Assembly (NCBI GenBank): GCA_038087875.1
Contig: JAXLNO010005102.1
Coordinates: 124,001 to 188,000, forward strand
Direction: 5' to 3'
Origin: Malacoraja senta
Taxonomy: Eukaryota
DNA length: 64,000 nucleotides
The first letter of the stretch is position 1. The number at the start of each line of letters is the position of its first letter. Under the pieces are notes generated by a model, which saw only the letters and a list, made by a program, of their open reading frames with translations, was not told the origin of the DNA and ran no database searches. Shown here piece after piece: positions 37,648-48,909 of the stretch. The translations under genes were made by a program, and so were the position numbers.

Positions 37648-37909
37648 TACAACTTGCGAGTCAGGAGTAGGGTTGGAAGACGGGGGTGTAAATGGCCAGG
37701 GAGACCGTAGGTGGCAGGGATGTGTTGGCAGATCATTCCATTCACATTCAGTTTATGATTATGGCACTTTGGGGATAAGAGAGGGGTGGCTTTAACATGC
37801 CAGTGGTGTATTGCTGTTTCATTATCACATGGCCTCTGTTGGTACGGAAAAATGGATAATCCAGTAAGGCTTGGGAACCGAGGGTGCTGGAAAATGGGTG
37901 TTTAACCTG

Positions 37910-38470
37910 CACAAGACATTGGTGAGGCTACATTTTGGGCTATTTTATTCAATTTTGATCACCCTGTTACAGGAAGGATGTTGTTAAGATGGGAAGGATG
38001 TAGAGAAGGTTTACAAGGATGGTGCCAGGACTTGAGGGCCTGAGCTATAGGTTGAGCAGGCTAGGACTTTATTCCTTGGAGCTCAGGAGGATGAGGGGTG
38101 ATCTTATAGAGGTGAATAAGATCTTGAGAGACATAGATAGGGTAAATACACAGTCTTTTACCCAGAGCAGGGGAATGCAGAATGAACGGACATAGGTTTA
38201 AGGTGAGGGAGGAAAGATTTAATAGGAACCTGAGGGGCAACTTTTTTAAACAAAGGGTGGTTGGTATATGGAACAAGCTGCAAGAGGAGGTAGTTGAGGC
38301 AGGTATTGTCGCAATGTTTAAAAAACATTCGGACTGGTATATGGATAGGATAGGTTTAAAAGGTTATGGGCCAATTGCAGGCAGGTGGGACTAATGTAGC
38401 TGGGCCATGTTGGTTGGCATGGGCAAGTTGGGCCAAAGGGCCTGTTTCCATGCTGTATGACTCTATGACT
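37910..38470 (+). mobile_element. CR1 3' fragment
   Basis: KTLVR, RMRGDLIEV and WNKL motifs plus 3' UTR ending tatgactctatgact. Confidence 0.85.
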
Positions 38471-39897
38471 GTACATCACTAACATTGTCCATGGAAAGAT
38501 TCAGCGAGGGATCAGTGGTAATTGTGTTTACTCAGTCGGTATTGCAATGGATAATAAGAGGTTGCCAACTCACCATAATGTTTTTAAAATTTGTAAGTTT
38601 CATAGGCAACCATGGAAAATCTTCACAGCTTCAATTTTTTTTATTGTTGAAGGTTGGCTTTGCTGACAAATTTTGAACTTGTATTAGTCAATAGCCTCAA
38701 GAATAGCAGATATTTTGGGGGAGGTAGCCTTACATGTACTGTCTCATGCCACTGTACATGTTTCAAAACGGTTTACAAGAGATATGGATGTTACGCAGGC
38801 AGATAGGAATAATTCAGATAGACAACTTGGTCAACATGGATGAGTTGGATGAGTTAGGCTGACTGGCCTGTTCCCATGCTTTATAAACCTATTACTGTGA
38901 CTCCATCCAGGATGCCCTCATTTAGCAAATGAAGGCATTATCAAACATGTAAGTTATCAACTTGTTACAAATTGCCTTTGGCACTTTAAGGCAAATGCAA
39001 GTGTCTTTCCCCTCTTATGGGATGAAAAGAGATGAACTGATTTATTTAATCTCAGTCCTGATTTTTATGTTCTTTCACGGCAAGTTGACTGGCATCCTTC
39101 TTAATAACAATTTAGTTCTGCGATTTTTATGAAACATCACCGCTGAGTATAATTAAGATTTGTTAGCCAATTTGCAATAAAAAATGTCATGACTCAGCAA
39201 AATTTAAGGGGCTGTCCCACTGCGGCGACCTAATCCGCGAGTTCAGAAGAGTGTCTTCGACCTTCTAGCTCGAGGGCACTCGCCTGGAAAACCTCGAGCT
39301 GGATCGACCGTCAGCGATGAAACCGCAAGCTGGATCGACTGAGCGCACACACACACAAACACATCGCAAAGGCAGGGGCCAGGGAAAGCGGGGGAGCGCT
39401 GTCTGAAATTCACACCCGCGATGAAGAGGAAGGTAAAAGGTGGCTGCACAGTGTACGGTAAGTCCTTTAGAGAGCACGGAGGAGAGGGGGGTGAGAAGGG
39501 GAGAGAAGGGGGGGGGGAGAGGATGGGGGGAGAGGAGAGGGGGGAGAGAGAAGTGGGGGAGAGAGAAGTGGGGGAGAGAGAGAAGGGGGGGAGAGATAAG
39601 GAGGGGGAGAGAAAGGGGGGGAGAGAAGGGGGGGAGATAGGCTGTGGGCCAAGCATCAAAAATGTGTCTAGAAATCCATTTCCGTGACCCACGTAACGGA
39701 ACTACATGAAATTTTCCACAGATTTAGATGAAATATAATTGAGAAGGAAGTCATAACTCACGGTGCCAAAAGTTGCACATTAATTAATTAAACTAATTAG
39801 AAAATGAGAACGGGAAAGTAAGCGCCATCTAGTGTTCAATGCCCATATTACACCATGGGGGGCCTATTTCCGTGTTGCAGTCCATTTAAACTATATA

Positions 39898-39898
<1 letters not shown>

Positions 39899-39931
<33 letters not shown>
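39899..39931. repeat. (TA)n microsatellite
   Basis: Direct observation. Confidence 0.95.
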
Positions 39932-39934
<3 letters not shown>

Positions 39935-40303
39935 CGTAAATATGACTGTAATCATATATAATTAAGTATAATTATATTATATAAAAATAATATAATGAAT
40001 ATAATTGTGAGTGTTTTTTGAATGAGACTGCTGCAGAGGTCCTGCTCCTGAACCAGCCTAATTAATGGGTGAGTGCAGTTCTTGTGGGTTCCTCCCTTTA
40101 CTGAACCCTACTGACTGCCAGTGTGCAGAGTGGGGGTCACGGCCATAGTGGGACTGGGGCAGTGCCAGGCTGGGTGACAGACCTGTAAGAGACCTGTCTT
40201 ATTTCTAATGTAAATGTCACATCCTGACCAAGAATCGAATGCTCTGATGTTTACTCGATGAGTATTCATTTTAAGCTACAATGAGCCTATATTTATGTTA
40301 GAT

Positions 40304-40337
40304 GGTCTGAAGAAGGGTTTCGGCCCGAAACGTTGCC
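40304..40337 (+). ncRNA. Minimal type-I hammerhead ribozyme-like motif at the head of a Penelope-derived mini-element (40303-40436)
   Basis: GGU CUGAAGA A GGGU-UUCG-GCCC GAAA CG UU GCC; 3-bp stem I GGU/GCC. Confidence 0.7.
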
Positions 40338-41539
40338 TATTTCCTTCGCTCCATAGATGCTGCTGCACCCGCTGAGTTTCTCCAGCATTTTTGTGTACCT
40401 TTGATTTTCCAGCATCTGCAGTTCCTTCTTTAACACGATTCACAAAGTTTGACTGGTTTCACGACTTGGCTGTCCTCTTTGTGTTGCAGCACCTCAGCAG
40501 CGACTTTGCTTTCAAGGCTTTGTTCTACCTATCCACTTAGCTGCACATTCTTCAGACTTCTTAATGCTTTTCTCACTAAATTCAATTACCCTGCTGCAAG
40601 TTTCCACGACATGTATTCCACAGAACAACAAAGAACCTTCATCGGAATCTCCAGTAAAACAGGCATCAGTAGAAGCACACTCAGCCATCATATGTGCTCC
40701 CTGCCTAGCTAGCCTTAAACAAAGCACGTGGTTGGCCAAGTGGCGTCCGACTCAATGTTAAACGTGCTTTGATTGGACTAAAAATACCCCAAACATTTCC
40801 GTTTTTTCTCTAATTTAATTTTTTAAATGTGCAAGTTTTGTTCTTGACAAGTTTCAGGGGTGACTTATATAATATTTTTACACAATATGTGAACATTTCA
40901 TGTAGTTCCGTGAGTTGGGTCACAAAACTGCACAAAAAAGCTCCTCAGCCCACAGCCTAAGAGAAGGGGGGGGGAGAGAAGGGGCGGGGGGGGGATAAAG
41001 GGTGGAGACACTTTAAAGAAGTCAGACAACGTTTAATAAAGTTTAGCGGGCATTTAACCGACCGGTAGGTATTCCTTGGTCCTGAAAACTCCAATGAGCC
41101 AATTAAAATGCCCGGTCAGCGAAGGAGATTGCCTACGGCTGCCCTCGACTGCCTATAACTACATAGTGACCCCACTGCACTGCACTACAAGTTCAAAAGA
41201 ACCATGCCGACCAATTTTATATTCGCGGAAAAATTTTCAACATGCTGAAAAATTTTCCGCGACCTAGCTGAGGCCGCGAGTATGCGGGAACTTCCCTCGA
41301 GCATGAAGGAGAGTTCCAGTGACCTCATAGAAACTCCTAGGACCACGTGTCAACCATGCTGCGAGTTTGAGTCGAGGGCAAACTCTTCTAAACTCACAGA
41401 TTAAGTTGCCGCAGTGGGACAGCCCCTTTACTGTCAAGAGATATAAACAAATTACAGTTATATTCTGTTCCACATACATCAGGTCTATTATGTACGCTAT
41501 CCTAGCAATGTTTTTGCACAGTTGAATGCTTTGATAATA

Positions 41540-41750
41540 TTTTTGGGTGGGATTTGCCAGACCAACATGAGAGCCTCTTGTTTCTCTTTAAATGCTGACA
41601 TCAATTTACCATTCTAATAGATGGCAGCTGCAGCATTAGAGTATCACCTCAGTGATACACTGGAGCTTCAGCCAAGATTAAGTGCACACGTTCTTGGGTA
41701 GGGCTTGAACAAACAATCTTCTGCCTCAGGGACAACTGCATAATCAATCA
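41540..41750 (-). mobile_element. Ancient degraded SINE (Deu-domain/SacSINE-like)
   Basis: Degenerate gatggca..tgcagca..cctcagt..acactgg..cagcc..gggcttgaac pattern recalled from shark DeuSINEs. Confidence 0.4.
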
Positions 41751-43756
41751 ACCCCAGATAAGCTTAAGGTTTTATGTGGTTTATCTCTATTAAAGGTGAA
41801 CTTACTATTTAATCAGATCATGTGGCAATTAGATCCACAACATTAAATGTTATGGCCAGGCTTTGATCCCAAGTTATAGCTTGAGATGTTGTTAGTGCTC
41901 AGCAAACTGCTGGCTCACTTTATTTGGGCAGTGGTGTATAATGTAATTCACTGCCTGCTTTCCACAACCATGGTTATGTAAATAGATTAATTTGAAGTGC
42001 CTGTGAAGGTAGACCTTTCTGCTAAGAGTGGTCTATTACCATACTGCATTTCGTTGTACTGTACTTGTACTATGTGCAATGACAATAAAGTTGAATCTAA
42101 TCTAATCTAATCTAATATTCTCCACAGCAGATCTGTGCTTGGTGGTACTTTCACAGATGGCTGTTGAACTATCCCAGCATTGCTTCCAATTGGCCTCACT
42201 TAAATGTTACGTTATCAATGGTGTTGACAAATCCCATTGTGGATCTAAGGTTTTGCTTTGCACAAATGCAATCCATTGTTCTCACTGTTTGTATATCTTT
42301 GTGGATCGAAGTGCAATGCCACACAGTTTCAGTTCACAACCATCAGATAGTTTCCATTGCAGCATAAAATGGGGAAGTTTAACATCGTCACAAGAATGCT
42401 CCCTGCCTGCTGGGATTCCGTGTTCAACCATCAGCAGGACTGGGTGTCTGGGCTGCCTGACATTTAAAAAATTATGGCATTTGAACAATTACCCATGAAA
42501 AAATGTTTCAATATTTCATGTTAATTTGAGCATTAACATTAAGAAGTAATCCCTCCACAACCACTTTGATAAAGCAGCAATTAAGCACGTCAGGGAGATG
42601 ACAAGATGAAATTTGAAAACCTATTTGACAAAAAACATAATATATTGTTCCTATTGCCTTGTCTTGAAATACACACTGGAGATCTACAAAGTATGAAAGA
42701 TGGAATAGATTGTCACAGTAAATTGCAATTCACCACATTTAGTTTATATCTGATGTTGATTATTCTATTGCTTGTTTTAGTAGTTTAGTTTCATCTTGTC
42801 CATGATCTGTCATGAGCCGCCATTATTGCCACCAACTCTTAAAGTTCATATAGCTGCCCCGCTCAATTGAGTCCACTTGGAACTGTGCACCTCAGGTTAT
42901 TAACTTAACCCAAATCTTCGGGTGAATGAGTTATCCTCAGTACATTTCTCTCTTGATTAGCCCACTAGTAATAGGCACCACTCCAACAGTAAAAAATAAA
43001 AGTGGGATTAATGTTTTGGCAACAACCAACCAAGGCTGTCAGTGACTAAAATGTTATCACTTGGCTTTAAGTATATTATGTATTAAATGTTAAGCATAAT
43101 GGAAACATAGTTAAAACAATCTACCCTTGAATGGTCAGGATGATCTAGCACCACCTATTCTCCTACTCCTTCAGTTCAGTTGTTTAGTTTATTGTCACTT
43201 GTGCTGAGGTACAGTGAAAAACGTTTGTTGCGTGCTATCCAGTCAGCAAAAAGACAAAACATGATTATAATCGAGCCATTTAGTGTATAGATACATGATA
43301 AGGGAATAACGTTTATTGCCAGGTAAAGACAGCAAAGTCCGATCAAGGATAGTCTGTGGGTCACCAATGAGGAAGATAGTAGATTTATTTGGCATTCCCT
43401 CATGCTTCCACTCTGGTTTGGGGGTTTGTGAGGTGGCTGATGAATTCAACGTAGGAGCCGCACTCTTTCACAAAAGAGGCGGCAGGAAGTGGATGACGGG
43501 AAAGGCAGATAAATGGATTTTAGGGTGAAACATTCCTAGAGCCTCAGTGTGTTTCCCCAGTGCATGGACTCATTGTCCTCACATCCATTTCAAATGCTCT
43601 TTCTCCACCTGAGTAGCAATGAGCCAGAGATTCCCCCAAAATAATTTCTTTTCAAGGAAGTTTTGAGCACATCGTTCAATCTCGTTACTCTATTTGCCTA
43701 CAATTTCCTTGCAATTTGTAGAGTGATGATTCAGAGATCTAACATTGGACATGTGA

Positions 43757-44500
43757 ATCGCAATCACAATCAGAATAAACTTTATTAGCCAAGTATGTTT
43801 TGCAACATACGAGGACTTTAATTTGCCAAGTCAGTCGTACAAATAAAAAGCACGGAACACACAAAACACATTTTAATATAAACATCCATCACAGAAACTC
43901 CTCCACATTCCTCTCTGTGATGGAAGGCGAAAAAAAAGTTCAATCTCTTCCCTTTTCTTTCCCGCAGTCGGAGGCCTCGAACCCTCCATTGACGGGATTA
44001 TCTTGACTTTTGTAGCCGGCGGCGGCCCTCCGCGTTGAGACGATCAGCTCCGGAACCGGGTGGACGTCAGCTCCCCCGCGCTGGACAATCGAACCTCGCA
44101 TCGGGGCTGGTCGAACCTTCCGCAACGTTGGAGCTCCCGACATCGACGGCCTCCCCCGAAACTGCGAGCTCCCGATGAAAAGTCGACAGGCCACGGTTGG
44201 AGCGATCCCAGGCAAGGCTCGCGGTGGGGCCCAAGGTCAGTCCAAGGAGGCCTCCAGCTCCATCGATGGTTGGCCACAGAACGACCAGAGAATGCGATCC
44301 GAAAATTAACTGCATCTCCGGCAAGATAAGAAACTGAAAAAAAAGTTTCCCCGGACTCCTCCCCCTCCCCCTCCCCCCAAATAAACCAAACCAGAGAGCA
44401 TTTACACAAACTTTTAACACACACTAAAAATGAGAAAAAAAAGACGAAAAACAAACAGACTATTGGCAGGGCTGCCAATCGTGTGGCGCCCCTGGTGGTC
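43757..44500 (-). mobile_element. GC-rich non-coding retroposon, copy B
   Basis: Same architecture as 17751-18563; hairpin gccttccatcacag...ctgtgatgga; (GATTGT)n tail. Confidence 0.7.
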
Positions 44501-44799
44501 ATTTAATGTGGCCTGCTCAACAAAGGCAACTGAGACTAAGTGCTGGTGCTGTTGTCGTGGGAGTAGATGTTGATTTTAGTTCCTTTATTCTTCAGTTGAA
44601 TTTGGAAGACTATACAAAGATAGTTTTGGTGAGGGTTTTCAAAATCATTGTGATTGCCTGATTTAAGTATAGTCTTTCTACTGACTACGTGAAAAGCTTT
44701 TCAATGCACCTCTGTGCATGTGCCAATAAACAAAACTTGTAGATTGGCTATTGCGTGCGAGCCAATTAGAGTGTTTGTTAGTAGTAGCCCCGCCTAGTA

Positions 44800-45252
44800 C
44801 ATAGAAACATAGAAACATAGAAATTAGGTGCAGGAGTAGGCCATTCGGCCCTTCGAGCCTGCACCGCCATTCAATATGATCATGGCTGATTATCCAACTC
44901 AGTATCCCGTACCTGCCTTCTCTCCATACCCTCTGATCCCTTTAGCCACAAGGGCCACATCTAACTCCCTCTTAAATATAGCCAATGAACTGGCCTCGAC
45001 TACCCTCTGTGGCAGAGTTCCAGAGATTCACCACTCTCTGTGTGAAAAAAGTTCTTCTCATCTCGGTTTTAAAGGATTTCCCACTTATCCTTAAGCTGTG
45101 ACCCCTTGTCCTGGACTTCCCCAACATCGGGAGCAATCTTCCTGCATCTAGCCTGTCCAACCCCTTAAGAATTTTGTAAGTTTCTATAAGATCCCCTCTC
45201 AATCTCCTAAATTCTAGAGAGTATAAACCAAGTCTATCCAGTCTTTCTTCAT
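44800..45252 (-). mobile_element. CR1 (HER1-like) 3' fragment
   Basis: Highly similar to 36090-36545; agtacat is present at both flanks. Confidence 0.9.
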
Positions 45253-46214
45253 CCAGTACATGCTTTATAATATTAGGAACTCGCCTACATCAGGCAGTAG
45301 ATGTAGTAGCTTGGACACCTAATGTACTGCATATCCAAGACTTTAAGTAGATTAATAAAGATGTTGTATCTTTAAATGTGTACGGGTAAACTAAACAAAA
45401 TAAAGTAGGCCTGGACTACTTTACAGGAGTACAGAGATCACCTCCGTCCAGAGGACCATGAGTTGTGTATCAGTTCAAAGGTTTTAAACTTCATATACCT
45501 ATTTCCTTGACCAACCAAAGACTCTGCCAATGCATGAAAGTGGTGGTATGTTGCATCATTATTATCTGCTTTTGTTGAGCATTGACTCCAAAGATATGAT
45601 AAGAGGTCCACGTTTCCCAGGTCTTGCCATGAACCTTTATTGCCAAGGGGCAGTGGGGTGTTACAGGGGACAGTTTGGTAGAGGACCTAGTCTTGTAGAT
45701 GTTGGGTGAAAGGGATATCTTTTTAAATGCAGGTACAAGGAACCCCTGACAGCACTAACCCTTGTCAACCAAATGAATCCTTTTAAAGCAAAATACTGTC
45801 AAACTACGCCTGAAGGATAAGAACAATTAATTTTATTTGTTTCAGAAGAAACATGCCACTAATTTAAATTCAATATTTTGGAATATTTGTTCAAACATTG
45901 TGTAAATGTCATTTGTGTCAAATTTAATTAAGGTAAAGAAAGTACAACTAATTACTAATGTAAGAATTAATTAAACTCGGATGCCAGATTTTCTGCTCTC
46001 AATGATCAACATCTGTTAGATGCGCAAGACGTACATTCCATATTCAGTTATTGCAATCATTGCTTCTAAAGTATATACACATCTTTTAAGAATTTTGCTT
46101 TACCTGGCCAGAGCCTGTGGCCAAAAGAGAAACACTGGAAAATCAGCACAATCAGCAGACAGTTGGTAGGAGAGATCAGAATGAAACCACATGCAAATTG
46201 GAGGAACAGCACTT

Positions 46215-46548
46215 CATATTTCATAAGTGTTAGAAGCAGAAATAGACCATTTGACCCATGGTCTACTCTGCCATTCAATCACAGCTGATCTATCTTTCCC
46301 TCTCAACCCCATTCTCCTGCCTTTGACCCATAAATCCCAACACCCTTCCTAATCAAGAATCTGTCAATCTCCAACTTAAAAATATCCGTTGACTTGGCCT
46401 CTACAGCCGTCTGTGGCAATGAATTCCACAATTTCACCACCCTGTGACTAAAGAAATTCCTTCTCATGTCCTTACTAAACGTATGTCCTTTTATTCTGTG
46501 GTTATGGCCTCTGGTCCAAGACTCCCCCACAAGTGGAAACATTCTCTC
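46215..46548 (-). mobile_element. CR1 3' fragment inserted into a Penelope remnant
   Basis: MFPLVGES.TRGH..FFS.RVV.LWNSLP; the flanks read as Penelope KLEEQHFIF / RLGSLQ. Confidence 0.8.
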
Positions 46549-46964
46549 TTCATTTCGCTTGGGCAGTTTACAATCCAGCGGTATGAATTTTAATTTCTCT
46601 AATTTCAAGTAGCCCCTTGTCTATTCATCTTCTGCTGTATCTGTTTGCTAATTTATTGCTTATCTTCTAAAGAATAGATACTTCAATCATTATATTCACT
46701 ATAGCCCGCTGTGACAGAACAGAAAAAAGAAATGTTCATGCTTAAGCCCATATGTAAGGAGCTACAAGAGATTTTAATGAGGTTTTGCAATCAAGATACA
46801 GTATGAGCAATGAATTTGTAGAGGCCAGAGTTTGTAACATCATGGAATATATTTAACTTAACATTAAATATTCTTTAGAAGATAAGTAATGAAAGAGCAA
46901 ACAGATAAAGCAGGAGATAAATAGACAGGGGGTGGCATTAGAGGGATGAATGAAAAATGATGTG

Positions 46965-47525
46965 TAAGAAGGAAGTATGTGCAGATGCTGGTTTAAACCA
47001 AAGATAGTAAAAAAAAAAGCTGGAGTAACTCAGTGGGAAAGGCAGCATCTCTGGAGAGAAGGAAAGGGTGACTTTTCGGGTCAAGACCCTTCTTCAGACT
47101 GGTTAGGGATAAGGGAACCGAGAGATATAGACTGTGATGTGGAGAGATAAAGAACAATGAATGAAAGATGCAAAAAAGTAACGATGATAAAGGAAACAGG
47201 CCATTGTTAGCTGTTTGTGGGGTGAAAATGAGAAGCTAGTGCAACTTGGGTGGGGGAGGGATCGAGAGAGAGAGAGAGAGAGGGAATGCTGGGGCTCCCT
47301 GAAGTGAGAGAAATCAATTTAATACCACTGGGCTGTAAGCTGCCCAAGTAAAATATGAGATGCTGTTCCTCCAATTTGCATTTAGCCTCACTCTGACACT
47401 GGAGGAGACCGAGGACAGAAAGGTCTGTGTAGGAATGGGAAGGAGAATTAAAGTGTCCAGCAACCGGGAGATCAGGCTGGTTCAGGCAGGCTGAGCGAAG
47501 GTGTTCTGTGAAATGATCCCCCAGT
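46965..47525 (-). mobile_element. Penelope 3' fragment with terminal repeat carrying a degenerate hammerhead motif (47067-47100)
   Basis: KLEEQHLIF.LGSLQP.G C-terminal remnant followed by CUGAAGA AGGGUCUUGACCC GAAAAGUC. Confidence 0.8.
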
Positions 47526-48387
47526 CATGAAAAAAGATGTACTTCTATCAAAGTATAATTAAACACACACACACACACAAAGTGTAATGTAAATGAAGAC
47601 AACAAAGCATCAAATATAGACAAAACAAATCTCCCATTCTGCTGTACCCTTGAATTCTGCTGCTTTTACTTAAAGGCTGTTTTTTTCTAAAAACCATTGT
47701 GAATGATGGGTAAAGATGCCACATACAACACATTAATTTACTCTGCGATTTACACAGCATTATAGTCCCTGGATAGCATATCTGCTGGTGGTATTGTTAT
47801 TCAGCTATTTATGGTTGAAAAACAATGCAGAACCTGAACATGACAAGATTTAAATCTTTTCAGCACAGCTCTGAATTCAAGAACTGAAGGATCTTTCAAA
47901 ACAAATGATGTTTTCTTTGCTCTAATTTCTTTATTAAGCTAATTAACAGTGATACATAGTTTAAAAATAAGCAAAGGAAATGTGAAAACAAAATTATTTC
48001 AATTACAAAAATCAACTTGATTTATTTGTATTCATTTCCATGATCTGGGTGTCATTGGCACTGCCAGCATTGATTGCATGTCTATAATTGTTCTTTCAAA
48101 GGTAATGGTGCCAACTTCTTGAACCAACAGTCCTTGGTGACAGTACTCCCGTTGTGCTCTTGGACAGGATGATTTAGACCCAGATATAATGAATAGCTGG
48201 TGATATATTTTCAAGTCTGGAAGATACATGACTTGGCAGGGAACCTGCAGACAGTGGTGTTTCCATGCACCTGCTGCCCTCTTGTGAGTAGAGTTCCTGG
48301 GTGTGGGGAGGTGCTGTCAGAGTATCCTGAGTAACAAATAGCAGTGTATTTGTAGATGCTCCACACTGGAGCCATGATGTGCCACTG

Positions 48388-48909
48388 CGTGTGCGGACGT
48401 GGCGTCGAAGGACAAGAAGCCGAAGCAAAGAAGTGGAAGCCAAATAACCGAATGGAAACGCGGCCGAAACGCCAAATAACCAAAAGCGTACGAAGCTTAC
48501 AACTTGGTGCTCGGGCTCAGAGTGCCCAGACACCTATGGCTTCTGTGGGAAAATGACCCCAACCCTCCCGTCTCCACCGACCAGTGATGTGATGGACGCG
48601 GGGTCTGGACCAATCACTGACAAGTCCTGCCCCCCCCCCCCCCCCCAGTGATGTCATGTCCGTTATTTGACTTTTCGGCAGAGCGACCTTGTGGGCTTGT
48701 GGGCGACGCAGCCTTTCAGTGAGTTGGCGTTTCGGCAGAGCGGCCTTTCGGTTAGTTTGCTTTTAGGCGTTCCACCCTTTGGCATTTAGTTGGCTTTTCG
48801 GCTTCGTACGCTTTCGTTTTTTTGGCGTTTCGGCTTTGTTTCCGTTCGGTTATTTGGCTTCCTCTTCTTTGCTTCAGCTTCTCGTCCTTCGACGCCACGT
48901 CCGGGTACT
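48388..48909. mobile_element. MULE/MuDR-like MITE with about 110-bp TIRs and 9-bp TSD
   Basis: GTGCCACTG| ... |ATGCCACTG duplication; long inverted arms cggacgtggcgtcgaagg / ccttcgacgccacgtccg; inserted in an old LINE remnant (48040-49500). Confidence 0.7.

Larger units (their letters stand above)
34843..37909. mobile_element. Probable pogo/Tigger-like non-autonomous element with nested CR1 and LTR fragments
   Basis: Imperfect TIRs CAGGTTGAACACCAATTTTCCAG / CTGGAAAATGGGTGTTTAACCTG with CA on both sides; interrupts a CR1 remnant (ttg..caagacattggtgagg). Confidence 0.5.
39638..40959 (-). mobile_element. Academ-like non-autonomous DNA transposon nested in the Harbinger MITE
   Basis: AGA|TAGGCTGTGGGC ... 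GCCCACAGCCTA|AGA (3-bp TSD, TAG termini) plus subterminal inverted gtgaccca..acggaactacatgaaat. Confidence 0.65.
39207..41427. mobile_element. PIF/Harbinger-type MITE with nested insertion, TTA TSD
   Basis: TTA|AGGGGCTGTCCCACTGCGGCGACCTAATC ... GATTAAGTTGCCGCAGTGGGACAGCCCCT|TTA; expanded GA-rich tract at 39480-39637. Confidence 0.88.

Noticed and set aside
39243-39692. Pro/Ser/Leu-rich and Gly/Glu/Arg-rich ORFs
   Set aside because: They are translations of a low-complexity GA tract inside a MITE.
42045-43380. Isolated hairpin + AATAAA + microsatellite ends (also 14025-14060, 25380-25550, 44690-44735, 52425-52490) as possible gene poly(A) sites
   Set aside because: They match Rex1/L2-like LINE 3' tails, so they are extremely truncated insertions.
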